This document shows, one piece after another, positions 58,000 through 64,000 of a DNA stretch of 64,000 bases; position 1 is the first letter of the stretch; every line of letters starts with the position of its first letter. The stretch is from positions 171,723-235,722 of the forward strand of contig CAVRYF010000001.1 of the NCBI GenBank assembly GCA_963725325.1, given 5' to 3'. The notes below the pieces were generated by a model. The model had not been told where the DNA came from. It saw only the letters and a program-made list of their open reading frames with translations, and ran no database searches. Source of the DNA: an uncultured Acidobacteriota bacterium. GTDB taxonomy: Bacteria > Acidobacteriota > Vicinamibacteria > Vicinamibacterales > 2-12-FULL-66-21. The translations under genes and the position numbers were made by a program.

Positions 58000-58917
58000 T
58001 CACGGACGAACGCGGATGATCGTCTTCCCCTTGATCCGCTTGGTCGGGTTGAAGGCGGCGACGGCATCGTCGAGGGTCGAGACGTTGCCGATGTTTGTCC
58101 GCAGCCGTCCGTCACGCACCCGCCGGACGATCTCACTCAGTTGGGCACGATCGGACTCGACAACGAAGTCGACCGCCAGGCCGTCGGCGGGCCGCGCCTC
58201 GGGCGGCCCGACGATGGACACCAGTGTTCCTCCGGCTCGAATCAGGCCTGCGGACCGCTTCCCGATGTCGCCGCCGATGACATCGAACACCAGATCGACT
58301 TCGCCGACATCTTCGAGGACGTCGTTCTCGAGGTCGACGAACTCCTGCGCGCCGAAGTCGAGCACCGTCTGACGGTCGGCGGCGCGTCCGGTGCCGATGA
58401 CGTAGGCGCCGGCCTCACGTGCGAGTTGCGTCACCATCGACCCGACTGCGCCGGCCGCGCCGTGCACGAGGACGCTCTGCCCCGCCTGAAGGCGGCCGTG
58501 CTCGAACAGTCCCTGCCACGCGGTCAGGCCCGAGATCGGCAGGCTCGCGCCCACCGTGAAGTCGACGTCGCCCGGCAGCGGCGCGAGGTTGCGTGCCTCG
58601 ACGGCCGCGTACTCCGCCAGGGTGCCGTCGCGATACCAGTCCGTGAGGCCGAACACCCGCTGTCCCACCGACAGCCCCGTCGTGCCATAGCCGAGGGCGG
58701 TGACCACTCCGGCCAGCTCGTGCCCGGGGATCGACGGCGTTCGGTCACGGTCGAGGCGATCGGTCCAGGTCGAGGGCCACGTCAGCTCAGTCGGAACGAA
58801 TCCCGACGCATGAACCTGAACGACGACGTCGTTTATCGCTGCCTGCGGCTCGGGCCGCTCCACCAGCGTCATCCCGGCCGTTCCCGCAGCCTGGTCCGTC
58901 ACCACGATCGCCTTCAT
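58000..58917 (-). CDS. Zinc-type alcohol dehydrogenase/quinone oxidoreductase-family NAD(P)-dependent oxidoreductase
   Basis: AAGGAGG then ATG 58917: MKAIVVTDQAAGTAGMTLVERPEP...IPGHELAGVV...VLVHGAAGAVGSMVTQLA. Confidence 0.85.
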   Translation of the reverse strand: MKAIVVTDQAAGTAGMTLVERPEPQAAINDVVVQVHASGFVPTELTWPSTWTDRLDRDRTPSIPGHELAGVVTALGYGTTGLSVGQRVFGLTDWYRDGTLAEYAAVEARNLAPLPGDVDFTVGASLPISGLTAWQGLFEHGRLQAGQSVLVHGAAGAVGSMVTQLAREAGAYVIGTGRAADRQTVLDFGAQEFVDLENDVLEDVGEVDLVFDVIGGDIGKRSAGLIRAGGTLVSIVGPPEARPADGLAVDFVVESDRAQLSEIVRRVRDGRLRTNIGNVSTLDDAVAAFNPTKRIKGKTIIRVRP

Positions 58918-58943
58918 CGTCCGCCTCCTTGTCCTGTCCAAAC

Positions 58944-58970
58944 GGAGAGATGGCCGAGTGGAGCCCGGCG
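58944..58970 (+). repeat. Short tRNA-Ser 5' fragment (acceptor + D-arm only)
   Basis: ggagagatggccgagtggagcccggcg lies ~115 nt upstream of the intact tRNA, preceded by ccaaac (compare tctaaac in the other copies). Confidence 0.45.
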
Positions 58971-59083
58971 TTCATGACGGTATACTTGTTCGTGCGAACG
59001 TGAGAGCGTCACTTTTCGAGGACTTATCACAATCGCCAAGAATCGTGGGTTGCGCGTGACCGTAAGTCGTTGATTTTACAGAC

Positions 59084-59173
59084 GGAGAGATGCTGGAGTG
59101 GTCGATCAGGCACGCTTGGAAAGCGTGTGTAGGGGAAACTCTACCGAGGGTTCGAATCCCTCTCTCTCCGCCA
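59084..59173 (+). tRNA. tRNA-Ser (anticodon GGA), class II with long variable arm, CCA encoded
   Basis: - Acceptor stem: GGAGAGA/TCTCTCC.
- D-stem: CTG(G)/(T)CAG.
- Anticodon stem CACGC/GCGTG with loop TTGGAAA.
- Variable arm: tgtaggggaaactctaccg.
- T-arm: GAGGG-TTCGAAT-CCCTC.
- Discriminator G, then CCA. Confidence 0.95.
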
Positions 59174-59184
59174 ACTAACCTGTT

Positions 59185-60308
59185 CTACACAGACGAGTTC
59201 GCGGTTTCGGTCGCCTCCGTTGCCACAATGTTGCCACGGCTCGCGAGAATGCTCGGGGTCTCCAGCAGTCGAATCGCGCTGTCGACCGCCGCTGGAGTCA
59301 AGTGCATGTATCGCTGCGTCGTCGTGGAGATCGGCATGCCCCGCCAACTCCTGAATCGCGCGCGCAGGCGCCCCGCGCATCGCCAGGTGCGAACAGAACG
59401 TGTGACGGAGCATGTGCGGCCCGTTGTTCTGCAGTCCGGCCCGCTGCGCAGCCCGCCGAACCAAGCCCTGAACCAGCCCTTCGGTCAACGGGAGTCCATC
59501 TTCCTGATAAAGCACTCGTGGCCCACGAAGATGTCGATGTTCCCGAAGGGCGCCGGCGAGTCGTGCGGTCAATCGTACGTATCGTAACCGTCCGCCTTTC
59601 GTTGACGCGATCTGTCCCTTCCACGCCGACCGTTGAACACACACGTGTCGCTTGTTGAAGTCGATGTCGCTCCATTCAAGCGCCACCATCTCGCCGAGCC
59701 GCAGCCCTGCTTCGCCCGCAAGCAGGACGAGGATCTACGCGCGTGGGTCGGTTTGCGCGCCGCCGCCACAAGCCGCTCGAACTCGTCGAAGTCGTAGAAC
59801 CGGATCGAACCCTTCGACACCGGCAGGACTTTGACTGTGCACGGCAGCCGTTCGATCACATCCCACTCCACGGCTTTCTTGAGCATCACGCTCAGCACGG
59901 TCAGGACGTTGTTGACGGTCTTCGGCGCCTTGTTCAGCAATCGATGTTTCAATCGCTGCACGTCCTCGTTCGTGATCGCGTCGAGCGCGCTTGCGCCAAG
60001 CGCAGGCACGAGATGCACTCGGACGATCATCTCTTTCGCCGCGATCCCGCTCGGCTTCTGACGATTCGCCCTCGCATGTCCCTCGATGAATCTCGACGCG
60101 AACTGTTCCAACGTGGGCACCTCCTTCTTGGGTTGGGGTGGACCGTGCTGCAGTAAGTGCCGCTCACGGTCCTGGCCCCATCGTTGAGCCGCCGACTTCG
60201 AGGCGATGGACAACCGCCGCCGCTCTCGATGTCGCGCCCCGTTCGACAGCCGGGTGTTGATGTCCACCATCCAGCCGCCTTGCGATACGGTCTGACTGTC
60301 ACGCTCAT
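59185..60308 (-). pseudogene. Tyrosine recombinase (phage-type integrase), multiply disrupted
   Basis: The pieces lie in three frames:
- MSVTVRPYRKAAGW | MVDINTRLSNG...EWDVIERLP...ERLVAAARK
- TDPRA-TAG-ILVLLAGEAGLRLGEMVALEWSDIDF...HMLRHTFCSHLAMRGAPARAIQELAGHADL
- STTTQRYMHLTPAAVDSAIRLL...SSV*
There are at least 3 frameshifts and 1 in-frame TAG. The stop lies 12 nt after the tRNA. Confidence 0.8.
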
Positions 60309-60314
60309 CGCTGT

Positions 60315-60450
60315 CTACCTTTCCAGCGATGGCGTGGACTTCTGGCGGAGCCAGTCTAGCAGAGCCTCTTCCCGAACCAGCACGCGTCGCCCGATGCGGA
60401 CGACGCCGGGTAGCTGCGCGCGCTCGATCATCGCGTAGATCGCCTTTCGA
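60315..60450 (-). pseudogene. Excisionase/AlpA-type HTH gene, 3' part (split by IS insertions)
   Basis: RKAIYAMIERAQLPGVVRIGRRVLVREEALLDWLRQKSTPSLER*. The 5' part is at 62597..62651. Confidence 0.7.
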
Positions 60451-61503
60451 CTAGTGGACCGTACTCGCTGAAGTACTACCAATTCGATGCGCCGGGTTGC
60501 GATAGGCCCAGCGGATCGGCTTCGGCGCTTTGTTGTAGCGATGGATGTATCGACGAATCTTGCGAGCCAGGTCGGCGACGGAGGTGAAGATGCCGCGCGC
60601 CAGCAGGTCTCGCTCGATCTTCGAAAACCAGAGTTCGACTTGGTTGAGCCAGGACGAATAGGTCGGCGTGAAATGCAGCTGCACGTTCGGATGCTCGAGC
60701 AAGAAGGTGCGCACGGCTTGCGTCTTATGGGTCGAGAGATTGTCCGCGATGACGTGAATCGCTCGCCGCTTCGGCTGACTGGCGACGATGTCGCCGAGGA
60801 AGTCGACAAAGGCGGCACTCGTGTGCCGCGGCACGGTCTGGCCGAGCACTTCGCCCGACTGGGTGTTGAGGGCGGCAAACAGCGAGAGCGTGCCGTGCCG
60901 GTAGTACTCGAAGCCGTGGCGCTCGGCGCGTCCGGGCGACAGCGGCAGCACGGGATCGAGGCGGTCGAGCGCCTGAATGGCGGTTTTCTCGTCGACGGCG
61001 AACACCGCCGCGTGGTCCGGCGGATTGACGTACAGGCCGATCACGTCGGCGGCCTTCGGTTCGAAGTCCGGATCGTCCGACTGCATGTAGCGCTCGAAGC
61101 GATGGGGCTGGAGGCCGGCGCGCTGCCAGGCCTTCGCGACGAGGTTGTGATGAATCTTCAGCACGCGGCCCAGCTTTCGCGTACTCCAGTGCGTGCTGCC
61201 GTCGGGCGGCGGTTGCTGCGTCTTCGCCAACACGCGCGCTTCCATCGCCGGCGTCAGCACCGTCGGCGGCTGCCCGCGATACCGCGGCCGCAGCCCCTCG
61301 AGCCGGTCGGCCAGAAAGCGCCGTCGCCACCGATTGATGTAATCGCGGTAGCACGGCACCGTGGCTTCGATCGTCGAGTACGATTCGCCATCGGCCAGCA
61401 TCAGAATCACCCGAGCCCGGCGCGCGTCTTCCGCTCGAATCTTGAGGCTGCGCACGCGGCGTTCCAGCTCGGTTCGTTCATCGGTCGTCAACGTCAGCGC
61501 CAT
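60451..61503 (-). CDS. IS630-family DDE transposase
   Basis: 350 aa, intact. ...STHWSTRKL...FAVDEKTAIQAL...HVIADNLSTHKT...HFTPTYSSWLNQVELWF. Confidence 0.9.
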   Translation of the reverse strand: MALTLTTDERTELERRVRSLKIRAEDARRARVILMLADGESYSTIEATVPCYRDYINRWRRRFLADRLEGLRPRYRGQPPTVLTPAMEARVLAKTQQPPPDGSTHWSTRKLGRVLKIHHNLVAKAWQRAGLQPHRFERYMQSDDPDFEPKAADVIGLYVNPPDHAAVFAVDEKTAIQALDRLDPVLPLSPGRAERHGFEYYRHGTLSLFAALNTQSGEVLGQTVPRHTSAAFVDFLGDIVASQPKRRAIHVIADNLSTHKTQAVRTFLLEHPNVQLHFTPTYSSWLNQVELWFSKIERDLLARGIFTSVADLARKIRRYIHRYNKAPKPIRWAYRNPAHRIGSTSASTVH

Positions 61504-61548
61504 ATGGCGCCAGACAGTACCAGTACTGCTTCAGTCAGTACAAGCCAC
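60454..61548 (-). mobile_element. IS630-family insertion sequence
   Basis: The terminal inverted repeats are gtggaccgtactcgctgaagtact... and ...agtactgcttcagtcagtacaagccac. The element is flanked by TA (60452..60453 and 61549..61550). Confidence 0.8.
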
Positions 61549-61551
61549 TAG

Positions 61552-62592
61552 TTGTGATTTCTAGCAAGGTTGTTCACTGCGCGACCCTCGGAAAGCGGGA
61601 GCACGGTGGTTGATAGCCGAGCGCAGCGTGCGGACGAGTGACATTGTAGGCGCGCAGCCACGGCTGCAGCGCGCGCGTGCGGCGAGCCGAGGTCGTGTAC
61701 GCCCGCACGTACGCCCATTCGCGAATCAGCGTTTGGATGAAGCGCTCCGCCTTGCCATTGGTCTGCGGTCGATACGGCCGGGCCCGTTTCAACCGGACGG
61801 TGTGGCGAGCGGCCACCGCCTGAACGCGCCGGCTCCGATAATTGCCGCCGTTGTCCGTCAGGATGCGCCGAATGCGGAGACCCCGCCGCGCAAACCATGC
61901 GAGGGTGCGCGCCAGGAACGCGGCGGTCGTGGCGCCGGTTTGATCGGGCAGGACCTCGACGTAGGCGGCCCGACTGTGGTCATCGATGGCGACGTGCGCA
62001 TATTCCCAGCCGATGCCTTTCACGACCGCTCGCCGATCGCCATGAATGCGGTGGCCGACCCCGGCAATGCGCGCCAACCGTTTGATATCGAGATGCACGA
62101 GATCGCCAGGATGGGGCCATTCGTACCGCACGACCGGCGCCGGCGGCGTGAGGCGCGCGAGCTGATTCAACCCCGCCCGCGCCAAGACGGCGGCGACGGT
62201 GGAGCGCGGCACCTGGAGCTGGACCGCGATGGCCCAGGCCGTGCGCCGCTCATAGCGGGCGGCGATGATGCGGGCGGTCACGGCCGGCGCGGTCCGGCGC
62301 GGTTGACCATGCGGCGTCGAGGGCCGATCCTCCAGCGCCATCACGCCGCCGGTGCGATGGCGGGCCAGCCATTTGTAGGCACTGCGCACGCTGATGCCCG
62401 CCGCGCTGGCCGCCGTGTGGGGGTCCAGCGCTGGTGACGAATCCGGTCGACGAGCAAGGCACGCATGTGGGGCGTCGTCTTCGCGTTAGGATGAAGCGTC
62501 ACTCGGGGTCTCCTCTCGGACTGAACGGAACGTGTGGTAACGCCCATTCTTTCCAAGGAATCCCGAGTGAACAACCTCATTAGAATTCACAA
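61552..62592 (-). mobile_element. IS481-family insertion sequence
   Basis: The ~30-bp inverted repeats are ttgtgatttctagcaaggttgttcact and agtgaacaacctcattagaattcacaa. The element is flanked by CTAG on both sides; the left copy is split by the IS630 element. Confidence 0.8.
61574..62580 (-). CDS. IS481-family transposase (HTH + rve integrase core), frameshifted in a C5 run at ~62418..62422
   Basis: LHPNAKTTPHMRALLVDRIRHQ... | ...GISVRSAYKWLARHRTGG...DLVHLDIKRL...HVAIDDHSRAAY...ILTDNGGNY...TNGKAERF. Confidence 0.85.
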
Positions 62593-62596
62593 CTAG

Positions 62597-62651
62597 TGCG
62601 CAGCAGCTCGGCCACTTCAGATGTCGTCAGCAGCACGGGCGTGCGCGGCAT
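62597..62651 (-). pseudogene. Excisionase/AlpA-type HTH gene, 5' part
   Basis: ATG 62651: MPRTPVLLTTSEVAELLR. Joined through one CTAG to 60450 it gives an uninterrupted 64-codon ORF. Confidence 0.65.
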
Positions 62652-62779
62652 ACGGTCGCTCCCTCTCGAGGCGCGTTTTCAGCAAGTTGCGTAAACGGCC
62701 AGGTCCTCGTCGAAACGGCTGTCAGAAATTGCCGAACGGGTCCGGGCTCTATCGGCTTGCTGGAATCGACGGCTCGGTA

Positions 62780-62861
62780 CACGCTGGCGATCCGCGAGTT
62801 CGCCTTGTCGAATTTCTCCGTCGTCGGCTCTGTCGATGAGACGACGCATGTCGTCTTCCGA
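62780..62861 (-). repeat. Arm A of an ~82-bp imperfect inverted repeat
   Basis: Its reverse complement matches 63167..63247 at about 71 of 82 positions with one 1-nt gap. It encodes SSEDDMRRLIDRAD..EKFDKA in a shifted frame. Confidence 0.7.
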
Positions 62862-63166
62862 CGAGGAACGTATTGAGACGACGGCGGTAGCGCGAACAGA
62901 AAAGGTTGGCGCGATCTTCGCCATGCAAGACGGCAGGCCAGCCGACGCACGATCGATCAGCACGAGTGCCGACGTCGAATACGACGCGATCGCCCAGACG
63001 CGCGGAACCGACGACTGGTGAGCGCGTATTCCGCGTCGGTCACCTTCGTGCTGTCGATCTCGTGCGTCAGCCTGATCCGCTGCACCTCCTGCTACTCGCG
63101 GAAGTGGTAGCGCTCAAACGATCGTCCTGGAATCTGCACTATGCCCTCGCCGCGAACCACCCATTG

Positions 63167-63247
63167 TCGGAAGACGCCATGCGGCGTCTCATCGACCGGG
63201 CCGACGCGGAGAAATTCGACAAGGCGAAGGATCGGATCGTCAGCGAG
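63167..63247 (+). repeat. Arm B of the inverted repeat
   Basis: tcggaagacgccatgcggcgtctcatcgaccgggccgacgcggagaaattcgacaaggcgaagg... encodes LSEDAMRRLIDRADAEKFDKAKDRIVSEF. Confidence 0.7.
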
Positions 63248-63364
63248 TTCCGAAGGAGGACCCGAGGTTCCGAGGCAGCACCCCGCGGGGGGTGATGGGA
63301 TGGACTCCTCCGTCAGAACGAGCATCATCTGGCCGGCCACCAATGGCCGTGGGAGGAGCCCAAC

Positions 63365-64000
63365 ATGCCGCACTCGACGCACATCGCCGTCGACCTCGCG
63401 AAGTCGGTCTTCGAGATCGTCGTGTCCGATCAACCGGGGAAGGTCCTCGAACGACATCGTCTCCCGCGGGCGAAGTTTCTGGAGTTCTTCGCGAATCGGC
63501 CGGCGGCTACCGTCGTCATGGAGGCCTGCGGCTCCGCACACTTCTGGGCGCGCAAGATCGAAAGCCTTGGACATGGCGTCGTCCTCTTACCGCCGGCCCA
63601 GGTGCGGCCCTACGTCCTACGTAACAAGACTGACCGTACGGACACGCGCGGCATCCTCGAAGCGCACCGCAACGAAGACATCTGCCCAGTGCCGATCAAG
63701 TCGATCGCGCAACAGGCCCTGACGTCGCTGCATCGGATCCGCTCGGCGTGGGTCGCCGAACGGACGGCCAAGATCAATCTGCTGCGCGGGCTCCTGCGCG
63801 AGTTGGGGCTGGTGATTCCCGTCGGCGCGAAGAAGGCGGTGCCGCATGCGTGGGCGTTCATCGAAGACGAGGCGTCTGGCATCCCGGATACGCTGCGTCC
63901 GCTCTTCGCCGAGCTGTGCGACGAGATCCGCGCTCTCGGAGACCGTCTCGACGGCGCGGAGCGCCAGCTCGAGGCGATCGCGAAGCAGCATCCCACCGTC
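63365..64000 (+). CDS. IS110-family (DEDD) transposase, N-terminal 212 codons; runs off the right edge
   Basis: Not in the ORF track because it is open at the edge. GGGAGGAG then ATG 63365: MPHSTHIAVDLAKSVFEIVVSDQPGKVLERHRLPRAKFLEFFANRPAATVVMEACGSAHFWARKIESLGHGVVLLPPAQVRPYVLRNKTDRTDTRGILEA... Confidence 0.85.
   Translation, partial: MPHSTHIAVDLAKSVFEIVVSDQPGKVLERHRLPRAKFLEFFANRPAATVVMEACGSAHFWARKIESLGHGVVLLPPAQVRPYVLRNKTDRTDTRGILEAHRNEDICPVPIKSIAQQALTSLHRIRSAWVAERTAKINLLRGLLRELGLVIPVGAKKAVPHAWAFIEDEASGIPDTLRPLFAELCDEIRALGDRLDGAERQLEAIAKQHPTV

Noticed and set aside
60315-60878. 187-aa ORF spanning the IS630 end and the excisionase fragment.
   Set aside because: It is a chimeric read-through across the IS boundary. 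Only the last ~45 codons, the excisionase 3' part, are meaningful.

Overview
This is a high-GC bacterial chromosomal segment, most consistent with Acidobacteria: it carries an ADOP-type duplicated permease, an ECF sigma factor paired with a Ser/Thr kinase, sulfatases and glycoside hydrolases. All calls come from manual translation and motif recognition; no searches were run.

Left ~15 kb:
- Carbohydrate-active genes: a partial GH95, a GH10 remnant and an esterase.
- A 2294-codon ORF that fuses a TamB-like trans-periplasmic protein to a POTRA/Omp85 outer-membrane barrel in one polypeptide.
- An ECF-sigma / Ser-Thr-kinase(RDD) module.

From ~15.4 kb to 59.2 kb the window is a mosaic of accessory segments.
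- The segments are separated by repeated scars. Each scar carries the upstream region and exact 5' half (up to the anticodon loop) of a tRNA-Ser(GGA) gene.
- The array ends at the intact tRNA-Ser at 59084..59173.
- To the right lie a heavily decayed tyrosine integrase, an excisionase gene split by nested IS481- and IS630-family elements, and a partial IS110-family transposase at the right edge.
- Cargo includes BrnTA and VapBC toxin-antitoxin pairs, two arylsulfatases, a GNAT cluster, a DoxX/VOC/FMN-reductase operon, two further ECF sigma modules (one coupled to a STAS protein), a sigma54 activator and MsrPQ.

One redox cluster stands out. Two adjacent genes (redoxin/DsbD-N-like and OsmC-like) each have an in-frame TGA exactly at the catalytic Cys codon, followed by a GC hairpin. 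These are candidate selenoproteins.

An unusually large share of genes shows frameshifts, internal deletions or truncations. This is either real decay or, in part, assembly error.
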